The position numbers were made by a program, and so were the translations under genes. Shown piece after piece: positions 38,982 through 51,267 of a stretch of DNA of 64,000 bases (the stretch's first letter is position 1; every line of letters starts with the position of its first letter). A model generated the notes under the pieces. It had not been told where the DNA came from and did not search any database. It saw only the letters and a list, made by a program, of their open reading frames with translations. This DNA comes from Candidatus Latescibacterota bacterium (GTDB lineage Bacteria > Latescibacterota > UBA2968 > UBA8231), in assembly GCA_964291625.2 (NCBI GenBank), contig OZ220089.1, forward strand, positions 4,128,001 to 4,192,000, written 5' to 3'.

Positions 38982-40225
38982 CGGTTCCTCCTCCGGAAGG
39001 CCTCCACCACGTGGAGGCGGGACATCTTCCACGCCGGCCAGACGCCGGAGACGAGACCGAAGAACAGGGTCATCACCAGGCCGTAGAGGAAGATGCGGTG
39101 GTTCAGCTGGAAGTCGGCGTACTGGACGACGGCGGCGGCGCCGAGCATCTGCAGGACCAGCCAGGTCAGGGCCAGCCCCAGGGCGCCCCCGAGGAGGGTG
39201 AGGATGACGTTCTCCGCCAGGAACTGCCCCACCAGGGTCAGCGACGACCCGCCGAAGGCCTTGCGCACGCCGATCTCGGAGGCGCGCTCGAGGATGCGGG
39301 TGGTGTTGATGTTGACCAGGCTGACCACGGGCAGGAGCATGAAGAGCAGGGCCAGGACGACGACGAGGACCATGAGGCCGCGGCCGGTCAGCGCGCCGAG
39401 GGCGAAGACGATGTTCGCCACCATGTCCAGCAGGGTCGTCGGGCTGGCGACGAGGCGGTTGATCTCACCGGGATTGGGGTACTCGATGCGCGTGAGCACG
39501 TCGGCGAACTCCTCGTGAATGAGGGGGATCGCCGCCGCTCCGGGCGCCAGGATCAGCGCCTGGAAGTGCCCGAAGAGCGAGTCGTACCGGCGGTAGGCGC
39601 CGGTCCCGAAGGCGCTGTGGGGCACCCAGATGTCGGCGAAGGGGACCATGCGGTAGAACGGCACGTCGGGCACGACCCCGACGACGCGGAAAGGCAGGCC
39701 CTTCAGCTCGATGTACTTGCCGACGGCCTCTTCCTCCGCGAAGAACACGCGGCGCGTCGCCTCGTTGATCACCGCCACCCGCCGGCCCTCCTCCACCTCC
39801 TCCCCGGAGTAGGGGCGCCCTTCGAGGAAGTCGAACTCGAGGATCTCCCAGAACACCCCGTCCGTGCACTTGAGCTGGGACTCGACCTTCCCGCCCTCGC
39901 GGAAGGTGGTCACCGTGGTGCTCGTGCGGTAGATGGAGACCTTCTCCGCATTCGCCAGGGGCGAGACGTAGCGCTCGAGGAAGGCGTAGCTCGGCCCCTG
40001 GAGGCGATAGCCCGGCGACTCGTCGTGCTCGCCCCTCATGGAGCTCACCAGCAGGGTGCGGTCCGAGCGCGTCTCCGGGGGAAAGGAGCCGAAGACGTGG
40101 TCGAACAAGGAGGCCGCCACCATCAGCACCATGAGGGTGAAGCTGATGGTGAAGAGGCTGATGCAGGTGAACAGCTTGCGCCGCAGCAGCACCTTGAGGG
40201 CCATCTTCGTGTAGTTCTTCAGCAT
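38978..40225 (-). CDS. MacB/FtsX-like ABC permease, A-type copy 3
   Basis: MLKNYTKMALKVLLRRK; VAVINE; EIGVRKAFG; PAWKMSRL. Confidence 0.92.
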   Translation of the reverse strand: MLKNYTKMALKVLLRRKLFTCISLFTISFTLMVLMVAASLFDHVFGSFPPETRSDRTLLVSSMRGEHDESPGYRLQGPSYAFLERYVSPLANAEKVSIYRTSTTVTTFREGGKVESQLKCTDGVFWEILEFDFLEGRPYSGEEVEEGRRVAVINEATRRVFFAEEEAVGKYIELKGLPFRVVGVVPDVPFYRMVPFADIWVPHSAFGTGAYRRYDSLFGHFQALILAPGAAAIPLIHEEFADVLTRIEYPNPGEINRLVASPTTLLDMVANIVFALGALTGRGLMVLVVVLALLFMLLPVVSLVNINTTRILERASEIGVRKAFGGSSLTLVGQFLAENVILTLLGGALGLALTWLVLQMLGAAAVVQYADFQLNHRIFLYGLVMTLFFGLVSGVWPAWKMSRLHVVEAFRRRNR

Positions 40226-40259
40226 GACGACCTCCGCGTGAAAGGTTGCCTGGCCCGGG

Positions 40260-40746
40260 TCAGTCGATGAACTCGAGGGTGCCCTTCATGGCGACCACCC
40301 CGAGGACCGAGCACCAGTCCCCAGAAGAAGCCATCGTTGCGGCTCTCCACTCTCCTTTTGCGAAGACGCTTCCCATGGCCTTCCCGGTACCCCTGGACGT
40401 ACTCGATGCCCTTACCCCGGATGGCCCCGTACTCCTTCTGCGTCATCGAGCCGTCGCTCGGGGTGTATCCGTCGCACACGAACAGACCGACGAAGCTGAA
40501 GCCGCACACGTAGCCGGACAGCCACCACCACCGGGTCCCCTTGAACTCGGCGGCCATCTCGCCGTCGAGGGCGCCCTGCTCCCGCGAGTACCCCGGCAGG
40601 ACGGGCTGCGGCTCTCCGGACGGCCCCTGGGCGAGCACGAATCCCAGGTGCCGCCTCTCGCCCGGCGGTTCCAGTCGAGCCTCCCCATGCGCGCCCGTCA
40701 GACTCAGAAGACCAAGCAGCACGAGGACTGCCGACATCGGCTTCAT
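40260..40746 (-). CDS. Small exported/membrane hypothetical protein with a probable frameshift near its 3' end
   Basis: Strong RBS, signal peptide, DGEMAA..WW.SG..YVQGYREG; reads to 40219 as given, but a shift near 40305 yields the TM tail LGVVAMKGTLEFID ending at 40260. Confidence 0.6.
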
Positions 40747-40768
40747 CACTCCCTCCTTCTGGTTTCTT

Positions 40769-41947
40769 TCAGTAGTCATGGTGCAGGGCCTCGGCCGGCT
40801 TCACCCGCGCCGCCAGCCAGCTGGGGTAGAGTCCGCACAGCATCACCCCCAGGTAGAGGACGAGGGCCGTGGCCCCCACGCCGGCGGCCGCCACGGGCCC
40901 CGGCACCCGGCTCCCGAGCACCATGTCCAGCAGCCCGAGTTGGAGCAGGGGCCAGCAGCCCAGGGCGATGGCCGCGGTCACCAGCACCGCCAGCTCTCCC
41001 AGGAACTGGCCGTAGATGCGGCCGGCCGGCGCCCCCACGGCGCGGCGGATGCCGATCTCGCGGGTGCGGCGGCGCACGTTCAGCCACATGATGCCGATCA
41101 GGCCGAGAGCCACCATGAGCATCATCAGGCCGCTGATGGCGGCGATGAAGGCCAGGTTCATGAGCCGATCCAGGCGGGAGTCCTCGCGGATCTGCGCCAG
41201 GGACTCGACCCCGAAGTTCACGGACTGGCCGGCAGGGAGGACCTCCCGGATCCTGGACCGGAGCCTCTCGCCGAGGGCGGGTCCGGAGCCCGGGGAAGCC
41301 TCTACGAGGAAGATGATCCAGCTCTGCCTGGGGGTTTCCAGCCACCGGTCGGAGAAACGCAGGAAGACGAACCCCGGCACCTCCGCGTGCTGGTAGCTGC
41401 CGTAGTAGAAACAGCTCTCCACCACCCCGACGACGCGGACCTCGTCCGGGGAGTCCCCGATCGTCCGCCCCAGCGGATCGTCGCCGCCGAAGAGGGCCTG
41501 GCTCAGCTCCCGGTCGATCACCGCCGGGGTCCAGTCGAGGGCCTCGTCCTCGGGCCGGAACCAGCGTCCGGCGAGCAGCCGCAGCCCCAGGGCTTCCAGG
41601 CCCTCGTCCGAGACGTGGACGGCGCTGATCCCGTTCCAGTAGTCGGAGAAGCGGAGGGGCGCCTGGCTGGCCAGGGCCACGGCCTGGACTCCGTCGACGG
41701 CCCGAAGCTCGCGTCCGACCAGGTCGACATCACGCAGGTCCTCCGGGCCCAGGAGATCCCCTACGCTCAGTCTGACGGACCACACGTTCTCGTGCTCGAA
41801 GCCGAGGGGCCTGAGCCGTTCCGCGGCAAAGAGCACCCAGCCGGCGGTCAGGGGCGTGAGCACCAGGAACGCCAGGAGCAGCTCGGCCACGAGGAGCAGG
41901 TACCGCCGCCGCCGGTTCCACGCCAGTCGGCACAGATGAGCGATCAT
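40769..41947 (-). CDS. MacB/FtsX-like ABC permease, B-type copy 2
   Basis: MIAHLCRLAWNRRR; REIGIRRAVGA; PAEALHHDY. Confidence 0.9.
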   Translation of the reverse strand: MIAHLCRLAWNRRRRYLLLVAELLLAFLVLTPLTAGWVLFAAERLRPLGFEHENVWSVRLSVGDLLGPEDLRDVDLVGRELRAVDGVQAVALASQAPLRFSDYWNGISAVHVSDEGLEALGLRLLAGRWFRPEDEALDWTPAVIDRELSQALFGGDDPLGRTIGDSPDEVRVVGVVESCFYYGSYQHAEVPGFVFLRFSDRWLETPRQSWIIFLVEASPGSGPALGERLRSRIREVLPAGQSVNFGVESLAQIREDSRLDRLMNLAFIAAISGLMMLMVALGLIGIMWLNVRRRTREIGIRRAVGAPAGRIYGQFLGELAVLVTAAIALGCWPLLQLGLLDMVLGSRVPGPVAAAGVGATALVLYLGVMLCGLYPSWLAARVKPAEALHHDY

Positions 41948-43236
41948 CCCTCCCTCCCGGTCAGAGCCCGGACGGGGTGCAGGCGCGCCATTCTCCAGGC
42001 GGGATACGCTCCGGAGACCGTGCCGAAGAACAAGGCGAGCAACACGCCGTAGAAGAAGGTGCGCGCCAACACGCCGGTATCGATGTGAGCCAGGCCCGCC
42101 ACCGCGAAGGGCGCCAGGATGGCCCAGCTGAAGGGCAGACTGAGCGCTCCACCCATCAAGGTGAGGAGCACGTTCTCCGCTACGAACTGCCCCACCAGGA
42201 TGCGGGTCGAGGCGCCGAAGGACTTGCGCACTCCGATCTCGGAGGTGCGCTCCTCGATGCGGCCCATGTTGAGGTTGACCAGGTGAAGGGCCGGCAGGAG
42301 CATGAACAGCAGCGCACCGCCGGCCAGGGTGAGCAGCCACCACCGGAGCCGGGCCACCGCCGCCCGCTGCGGATCCTCGCCTGTCCTGAAGTCATCGGCC
42401 CAATCTCCCTTGCTTTCCTGGGCCCACTTCTCCAGCGTGGTGAGCAGCGGAGCGGATATGTCGATGACGGTCAGGTGCTCGTGGGGTGGAGGTTCCACCT
42501 GCTTCAGTACGGCGGCGAACTCGGCGCGGATGCGCTCCCTGTGCGCCGGCTTCGGTGCCAACACGGCCGCGTTGAAGTTTCCGTTGAGCTTGTAGGTGCG
42601 CCACTCCCCGGAGGGAGCGGTGGTCAGCGGCACCCAGACTTCGGCGAGCGTTCTCGTGCGGATGAGGAAGTCGGCCACCACGCCGACGATGCGGTAGTTC
42701 CGGCCGTCGATGGACACGCTCTCTCCCACCACTTCCTCCGACCCGAAGGACCGGCGGCTGAATTCGGCGCCGATGACGGCCACGAAATCCCCGGACTCCA
42801 CTTCCTCGGCGGTGTAGGGCCGGCCCTGGCGGAAGTCATAGCGGAAGACCTCCCAGAAATCCCCATCGGTCATTCTCACCTCCACCTGAACGTCCTCCGC
42901 TCCACCGTGTATTCCCCTGTGGTCGACATCGGAGAACACGGTCACCCTTTCCGCCGTCTTCAGCGTTCGCACGTAGCGGTCCAGGAAGGCGTAGCTGGGC
43001 TTCCAGATCACCGGCCCGGGCGTTTCCGCCGAGGCATGCTGCACGATCAGCCAGTCGAGATACAGCGTGCGGCCGGCGTGGACCTCGGGCGGTATGGGGC
43101 CTGCTTCCTGGTCGATGAAGGCCGCCGCCACCATGAGCACCACCAGGGTGAAGCAGATGCCGAAGAGGTTGACGGCGGTGAAGAACTTGTGCCGCCAGAA
43201 CACCTTGAGGGCGACCTTGACGTAGTTCCTAAACAC
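41944..43236 (-). CDS. MacB/FtsX-like ABC permease, A-type copy 2
   Basis: FRNYVKVALKVFWRHK; EIGVRKSFG; PAWRMARLHP. Confidence 0.9.
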   Translation of the reverse strand: MFRNYVKVALKVFWRHKFFTAVNLFGICFTLVVLMVAAAFIDQEAGPIPPEVHAGRTLYLDWLIVQHASAETPGPVIWKPSYAFLDRYVRTLKTAERVTVFSDVDHRGIHGGAEDVQVEVRMTDGDFWEVFRYDFRQGRPYTAEEVESGDFVAVIGAEFSRRSFGSEEVVGESVSIDGRNYRIVGVVADFLIRTRTLAEVWVPLTTAPSGEWRTYKLNGNFNAAVLAPKPAHRERIRAEFAAVLKQVEPPPHEHLTVIDISAPLLTTLEKWAQESKGDWADDFRTGEDPQRAAVARLRWWLLTLAGGALLFMLLPALHLVNLNMGRIEERTSEIGVRKSFGASTRILVGQFVAENVLLTLMGGALSLPFSWAILAPFAVAGLAHIDTGVLARTFFYGVLLALFFGTVSGAYPAWRMARLHPVRALTGREG

Positions 43237-43276
43237 CTGCACTCCTCTCAGTGGGACGCGTATCGCCCATGATCCC

Positions 43277-44547
43277 TCACTCGTGGTGCAGAGCCTCGGC
43301 CGGCCTGACGCGCGCCGCCAGCCAGCTTGGATAGAGGCCGCACAGCAGCACCAGCAGATAGAGCACCAGTGCAGCCGCGGCGAGACCGCCCATGGCGATG
43401 TGGATCGGTATCCAGCTGTCGAGCACCAGGCCCAGCAGATCGAAATGGAGGATGGGCACACCGCCCAGGGCGACGGCCGCCGTCGCCAGCACGACCAGCT
43501 CGCCGAGGAAGAGGGCGTAGACGTTGCCGCCGGCGGCCCCTACGGCCCGTCGGACCCCGATCTCCCGGGTGCGGCGGCGCACGGCCTGCCACAGGATGCC
43601 GCTCAGCCCCAGGGCAACCATGAGCATCAGCAGGCCGCTGAGCAGGGCGGTGTTCTTCAGACTCTGGACCTGCCCAGCCTGCCTGCGGTCCTGCATCTGG
43701 GCCAGGGAGCGCACGTTGAAGCGCATGGCCTGGCTCGCCGGAACGACGGCCCGCACTCTGTTTCGGAGCTCTTCGCCGAACTCCGCTCCACTCCGCGAGG
43801 GGGTCCTCAAGAGCAGATTCACGCCGCGGGATGACTCGAGCGTATCGACTCGCGTGTCGGGCATGAGGAAAAAGAGCGTGCCCGGCACCCTGCTCCGTGA
43901 GGATCCGTACTTCCCGTAGTAGAGGCAGTCTTCCACGACACCTACTACGGGGAAACTGCCGACCGGGGAGTGCATGGTCATGTTCAGGCTCCTGTATCCC
44001 TCCAGCCCGAACTTCTCTCTCACCTGTTCCGCGTCGAGTATCTTTCCCAGCGGGTCCTGGTCGCCGAACAGGGCGCGGCTGAGCTGGCGGTCCATCACGA
44101 CGGGACTCCGGTCGCCGGAGAGCGCCTCGTCTTCCGGCTCGAACCAGCGCCCGCTGTGCAGCCGCAGCCCCAGCGTTTCCAGGCCCTCCTTCGAGATGTT
44201 GACGGCGGCCATCCCGTTCCAGGCGCCCATGCCTTCGAACGGTGACTGCTCGGCGAGCGCCGCCGATTCGACGGCGCCGAGAGCCTCCATCTCCCGCCGG
44301 ACCATCGTCACGGTGCGCCCGAAATCGGACGACTGCTCCCCCGAGGGCTCCCGCATCCAATCGTGCCTCGCCAGGTTCACCGACCACACATCCTCGTACT
44401 CGAAGCCCGGCGATTCCATGCTCTCGACGGCGAACAACACCCAGCCCACACCCATGAAGGCGACAATGACGAAGACCAGCGTCAGCTCGCCGACGAGCAG
44501 CAGGTTGGTCCGCCGCCGGTTCCACGCCAGCCGGCACAGGTGGAGAA

Positions 44548-44551
<4 letters not shown>
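43277..44551 (-). CDS. MacB/FtsX-like ABC permease, B-type copy 1
   Basis: MILHLCRLAWNRRR; REIGVRRAVGA; PAEALHHE. Confidence 0.9.
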
Positions 44552-45834
<1,283 letters not shown>

Positions 45835-45841
45835 GGCGTCC

Positions 45842-46507
<666 letters not shown>

Positions 46508-46517
46508 GGCTTCCTCC

Positions 46518-47795
46518 TTACTTGATCTGGACCTCGTCCAGGTGCAGGTAGTCCTTCATGCTGGAGATGATTACCTCGTCGCCCTCGAGCAGGCCCTCCA
46601 CGACCTCGTAGTGCTCGAAGCTGGCGATGCCGGTGCGGATCTCGGTCTTCACCGCCGAGCCGCCGCGGATCACGAAGACCTCGTGCAGGCCGGCGCCCCC
46701 GGAGATGAAGGGCCCGCGCTTGAGGCGCAGGGCCCGGTCCTTGCGGGCGGTGACGATGTAGGCGTCGACTCGCTGGTTGGGTCTAAGCAAGGCGTGTGCC
46801 GAGTCCTCCAGCTCCACTTCCAGGGTGATGATGTTGTTGTCCACCGTGGGCAGGATGCGGGCGACGCGGCCGCTGACGAAGCTCTCCTCGTCGACGCGCA
46901 GGCGCACCGGCAGCCCCGTGCCCAGGCGGCGGGCGTGGAGGTCGGAGACGGTGACGTCGGCCCGGAAGGAGCTGAGGTCGGCGATGCGGGCGATCTCCTC
47001 GCCCTGGCGGATGGGGGCGCCCACGACGGGTGAGACCGCGGTGAGGACGCCGTTTCGGTCGGCCAGAACGCGGGCCCGCTCGAGGCGGCGGCGGGCCTCC
47101 TCGCCCTCGCGCTCGAGGGTCCGCATCTCCACCTCCAGCGCCTCCACCTGGGCCCGGGTCGATTCGAGCAGGTTGCGGCGGTCCTCCTCGATCTGCTGCA
47201 GCTCGATGCCGCTGCGCTGCGCCTCCAGCTGCACCTGCTGGAGAGCCTCCTGGGAGACGGCGCCGATCTCCTGCAGCTCCACGTACTGGCCGACGCGGGT
47301 CTGAAGCCGCTGCAGGTCGAGCTTCTTCAGGCGCAGCTGGGTCTCGAGGTCGCTCAGCCTCTGGCGCTCGTCCAGCTCAAGCTGGGTGCGGCGGTTGCGC
47401 TTGAGGGCCAGGTCCTCCTCGCGTCTCTCCACCTCGAGGCGGGCCCCGTTCAGGTCCAGCTCGACGATCGGCTGGCCCTTCTCCAGCACCGCGCCCGGCT
47501 TCTCCAGGATGCGCAGGAGGCGCGTGTCGATGGGGCTGAAGAGGACCTGCTCGAACTCGGGCACGATCGTCCCCGAGGCGGTGATCGTCTCCTCCACCGG
47601 GCCCTGCTGCACCTTGGCGGTGCGGATGCGGTCGGGGTCCACCGACGGCCGGACCAGTCCGGGCAGCCACAGGAAGAGCCAGACCGCCGCCGCCAGTCCC
47701 GCCGCCGAAGCGGCGATGCGCCTGAGGCGCCGGCGCTGCAGGAAGGTCGGGTCCACCGGCCGGTCCATGGGATTGCTGGAGGTCTGCTCGTCCAT
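46518..47795 (-). CDS. Periplasmic adaptor / membrane fusion protein (MacA/HlyD-like); alternative start at 47768
   Basis: N-terminal TM, ITASGTI, lipoyl half-motifs flanking a long coiled-coil hairpin, GLLEGDEVII. Confidence 0.92.
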   Translation of the reverse strand: MDEQTSSNPMDRPVDPTFLQRRRLRRIAASAAGLAAAVWLFLWLPGLVRPSVDPDRIRTAKVQQGPVEETITASGTIVPEFEQVLFSPIDTRLLRILEKPGAVLEKGQPIVELDLNGARLEVERREEDLALKRNRRTQLELDERQRLSDLETQLRLKKLDLQRLQTRVGQYVELQEIGAVSQEALQQVQLEAQRSGIELQQIEEDRRNLLESTRAQVEALEVEMRTLEREGEEARRRLERARVLADRNGVLTAVSPVVGAPIRQGEEIARIADLSSFRADVTVSDLHARRLGTGLPVRLRVDEESFVSGRVARILPTVDNNIITLEVELEDSAHALLRPNQRVDAYIVTARKDRALRLKRGPFISGGAGLHEVFVIRGGSAVKTEIRTGIASFEHYEVVEGLLEGDEVIISSMKDYLHLDEVQIK

Positions 47796-47809
47796 GGGAT
47801 GGCTGCATC

Positions 47810-47824
47810 ACAAATTCCGTGCCA
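47810..47824 (-). promoter_or_regulatory. Sigma54 -24/-12 promoter of the ABC operon
   Basis: Minus strand TGGCACGGAATTTGT, one mismatch to TGGCAC-N5-TTGC; the operon encodes a sigma54 activator. Confidence 0.7.
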
Positions 47825-47878
47825 GGGTCGGCGGGGGCGGGTGCGGCGGGTGCGGCGGGCGGTGGCGGCCCCTCCCTG

Positions 47879-47915
47879 TGTCCGCTATCGAACAGCGGTC
47901 TTTCGATTCTGGACA
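47879..47915. promoter_or_regulatory. Putative tandem enhancer (UAS) palindromes for the NtrC-type regulator
   Basis: TGTCCG-CTAT-CGAACA (47879-47894) and CTTTCG-ATTC-TGGACA (47900-47915), 21 bp apart. Confidence 0.55.
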
Positions 47916-48229
47916 CCCGCTGGGGGGGCAGGGTTCTGCCCATCCCCCGGAGGGAGCCACAGGCTCCGGGAGTTACGGCAGGTGCCAAGGGAGGAACGGA
48001 TCCGACAGGTAGAGAGCGGTCTTACAGACTCTGGATCAGCCGCGTCAGGGGCCGGGGGCCCAAGGTATGCGTAGCGAGGCACCGATGACCTCCAAGCCTC
48101 GGAGACCCGCGAACCTCGGGTGGAACGGCGGTTGCTCTGCGATCCTCCCGAGTCCCATGTTTCGTCGAACGCGCCAGAGCGGCTCGTTTCTCGGACTCGC
48201 CAAACACCCAAGACAGGAAGGAAAGGAAC

Positions 48230-48748
48230 ATGCCCCTCGCCCTTCTCGCCCTCGCCTTGTTCATCGGTTGCACCTCTGCTACGCCTGCGAGCAGGCTCAA
48301 GCCCATCTATCCGCCCGCGGCTGCCCTGGACGCCATAGAGATGCTGCAGGCCTGTCCAGAACTCACCCTGCTCGATTCCGCCATGACCGAACAAATCGAG
48401 GTGATGTCCGTGGCCTATGACGCCCATGTCAAGGCCACCCCTCCGGTGCCGGATTCGTCCATGCAGCGCCTCCCCCAGGACAGGAGTGAAGTGGCGAGCC
48501 AGCAGAGGGGTGCGGCCTGGTACTATGAGCAGATGAGCGCTTCCGATCTCGCAGTCCGGTTGCGGCACCTCAAGGGCTACCAGTACCCCATCGCCAAGGC
48601 CCTGGAAGCCTGCCGGTCCCAACCGAAAGGCCCGTTTGGCCAACGCTCGCTCTCCGATGACTCGAGGAAAGCAACCATGAGGGCCTTCACTCTGCTGCTC
48701 GTCCTGACCTCCGGCGCGGCCTTCGATGTGGAGGACACGAGTGAATGA
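48230..48748 (+). CDS. Hypothetical lipoprotein
   Basis: AAGGA RBS; hydrophobic N-terminus with lipobox-like FIGC. Confidence 0.55.
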   Translation: MPLALLALALFIGCTSATPASRLKPIYPPAAALDAIEMLQACPELTLLDSAMTEQIEVMSVAYDAHVKATPPVPDSSMQRLPQDRSEVASQQRGAAWYYEQMSASDLAVRLRHLKGYQYPIAKALEACRSQPKGPFGQRSLSDDSRKATMRAFTLLLVLTSGAAFDVEDTSE

Positions 48749-48844
48749 GTCTGGGTGGCGCTGTGCCGGTGGTCAGAGCCGGTAGGATCGAGGGGTCGGC
48801 CGGAGCAGGGCGTCCCGGCGGCGGCCCTACCCGGCACCCCGACC

Positions 48845-50473
48845 TCACTCCCGGAGCGGATCCTCCCGCAGCCAGGTGACCCAGCTCATGATCTCGTCCT
48901 GGCGGCCGGACATCTCGACCTCGACCAGGGACGGTCCGGCCGCGGCCAGGGCCCGCTCCAGGGCGGGGCGGAACCCGCCGAGGTCGGCAACCCTCTCGGC
49001 GTGGATCCCGAAGGAGCGGGCGAAGGCGACGAAGTCGGGGTTGGTCAGCTCCGTGTCGATGGTGCGGCCCTCGCAGTCGCGCCGCTGGGAGCCCTTGATC
49101 GCGGTCAGGGCCGAGTCGTTGACGACGACGACGGTCACGTCGATGCCGTAGCGCACGGCCGTGGCCAGCTCGAAGCTGCCCATGAGGAAGCCGCCGTCGC
49201 CGGAGAAGCAGACCACGGGCCGGTCGGGCCGCGCCAGCCGGGCTCCGAGGGCGGCGGGGAAGGCGTGGCCCAGGGAGACGCCGATGCAGGGGTAGAGGAA
49301 GGTCTCGGGGTCGCGGACGGGATACTCGGCGAAGGCCGAGTAGCCGATGCCGTGGACGTCCACGGAGAGGATGCCGTCGTCGGGCAGGAGTTCGCGGATC
49401 TCGGGCAGCAGCGGCAGGGGAGGCTGCGCGGCGAACCGCCGGCGCCAGGTCTCCAGCAGCGGCATCCACTCGCCGCCGCCTCCGGGTACCTGTTCGCACA
49501 GGCTCTCCAGGCTGAGGCGGAGGTCGCCGGCGATCCCGACGTCGCAGTCGTACTCGCGGCCGATCTCGGACGCCTCGGGATCGAGCTGGATCAGGGGCCC
49601 CGGGAAGCGGCACTCCCACTGGCTCGTGTCGATGGAGGTGAAGCGGCAGCCCACGGCGAGGGTGCAGTCGGCGGCCTCCACCGCCTGCCGCGCCAGGTAG
49701 CCGCGGATGTCGCAGAGGGCCAGCTCGTGGTCCTCGGCCAGGGCGCCCTTGCCGCGCCGGGTCGCGGCCACCGGCGCCCGGAGCTTCTCGGCCAGGGCCC
49801 GCAGCGGCTCCCGGGCTCCTCCCGAGATCACGGCGTTGCCGGCCAGGATCAGGGGCCGCGAGGCGGCGCCCAGGCTCCGGGCCGCCTCGGCCAGCTGCGC
49901 CTCGTCGGGGGTCCCCGCGGCGAGGGAGGGCACCCGGGCCGGAACGGCGGCGCCGTCGGCCGGCCCGGTGATCGCGTCCTGGGGGAACTCCAGCATCGCC
50001 GGCCCCGGCCGCGGCGCCCGCAGGACCCGGAACGCCTCCTCCACCACGCGCGGGATGTCGGCGGCGGTGCGGGCGATCTCCCGGTAGCGGGTGATCGGCT
50101 CGAAGAAGGCCATCTGGTCGAGGCCGTGGAACAGCTTGGCGGGATCGCGCCCGTAGTGCCGCGAGTCGTGCTGACCGGTGATCAGGAGCACGGGCACGCA
50201 GTCGGTGTAGGCCTGCAGCAGCCCCGTGGAGGCGTTGCTGGCGCCGGGGCCGGGCACGGTGAGGGCGACCCCCACGTCGCCGCTGGCGCGGGCGTAGCCG
50301 TCGGCCATCACCGTGGCGCCGTACTCGTGGCGGACCAGGTAGTGGTCGATGGCGCCGGCGCCGCGGCGCAGCAGGGAGTCGTAGATCTGGAGGTTCTGGG
50401 TGCCGGGCATGCCGAAGAGGCAGCGCACGCCCTGGGCCTTCAGGCACTCGACGAGGAGGTCGCCGCCCCTCAT
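48845..50473 (-). CDS. Thiamine pyrophosphate-dependent enzyme (acetolactate synthase-like)
   Basis: FGMPG, RHE..MADGYAR, GPGASN, GDGGF..VND motif. Confidence 0.93.
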   Translation of the reverse strand: MRGGDLLVECLKAQGVRCLFGMPGTQNLQIYDSLLRRGAGAIDHYLVRHEYGATVMADGYARASGDVGVALTVPGPGASNASTGLLQAYTDCVPVLLITGQHDSRHYGRDPAKLFHGLDQMAFFEPITRYREIARTAADIPRVVEEAFRVLRAPRPGPAMLEFPQDAITGPADGAAVPARVPSLAAGTPDEAQLAEAARSLGAASRPLILAGNAVISGGAREPLRALAEKLRAPVAATRRGKGALAEDHELALCDIRGYLARQAVEAADCTLAVGCRFTSIDTSQWECRFPGPLIQLDPEASEIGREYDCDVGIAGDLRLSLESLCEQVPGGGGEWMPLLETWRRRFAAQPPLPLLPEIRELLPDDGILSVDVHGIGYSAFAEYPVRDPETFLYPCIGVSLGHAFPAALGARLARPDRPVVCFSGDGGFLMGSFELATAVRYGIDVTVVVVNDSALTAIKGSQRRDCEGRTIDTELTNPDFVAFARSFGIHAERVADLGGFRPALERALAAAGPSLVEVEMSGRQDEIMSWVTWLREDPLRE

Positions 50474-51267
50474 GGGCCGATCAGCAACTCCGGGGTGGCC
50501 TCGACCCCGGGGAGCAGGTTGGTGTAGCCGTCGCCCCGGGAGCCGGCGCGCCCGCGCACCAGGAAGACGGGATGGGGATGGCTGTCGACGTCGACCCAGG
50601 CGGTGTCGGTGCTGCAGTAGCGGACGGTGTACCCGGCGCGGCGCCGGTCGCTGTGGTTGGCGTCGCTGCCGTGGAGGATGAAGGAGTCGTGGATCGACAG
50701 GCTGCCGGCGCCCATCTCCAGGGTCACCGCCGAGGCCTCCTGCTCCGGGGAGACGGGGACGCTGCGCCGGAGCATCTGGTCGTCGCCGGAGTCGACGGTC
50801 TCCAGCTCGCGCCAGCCGCGGTGGGAGCCGGGGATGACCCTCATGGCGCTGTTGGCGGCGTCGGCGGGATCGACGGCGAGCCACAGGGTGACGACGTCGG
50901 TGCCGTGGACGCTCGGCCAGTAGGTGTTGTCCTGGTGCCAGCCCACCTTCACGGGGGAGCCGGGCTGCTTGATGAAGACGGAGGAGTAGACCAGGATCAG
51001 GTTCGGCCCGAGGATCGACTCGACGGCGTCGAGGACACGGGGGTGGCGGCAGAGGTCGAGCCAGCGCAGGTCCCTGACGTGAGGCTCGCCGACGTAGCCG
51101 GCCCGGTCCAGGGCGCGGTCGGACGGCTGCGGCAGCGGCGCCTCCAGGGCCTCCTCCAGCATCTGCCGCAGGTCCCCGGCCTCGGCCGCGGTGAGGACGT
51201 CCGGGAAGAGGCAGTATCCCAGCTCGGCGAAGCGGGCGGGGTCGGTGTTCAGGTGGTTGGAGGACAT
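50470..51267 (-). CDS. Phytanoyl-CoA dioxygenase (PhyH) family Fe/2OG dioxygenase
   Basis: WHQD, VIPGSH, LHGS..N...RR; ATGA overlap with the TPP enzyme gene. Confidence 0.92.
   Translation of the reverse strand: MSSNHLNTDPARFAELGYCLFPDVLTAAEAGDLRQMLEEALEAPLPQPSDRALDRAGYVGEPHVRDLRWLDLCRHPRVLDAVESILGPNLILVYSSVFIKQPGSPVKVGWHQDNTYWPSVHGTDVVTLWLAVDPADAANSAMRVIPGSHRGWRELETVDSGDDQMLRRSVPVSPEQEASAVTLEMGAGSLSIHDSFILHGSDANHSDRRRAGYTVRYCSTDTAWVDVDSHPHPVFLVRGRAGSRGDGYTNLLPGVEATPELLIGP

Noticed and set aside
47973-47987. Second TGGCAC as a sigma54 promoter
   Set aside because: The -12 position reads GTAA rather than TTGC
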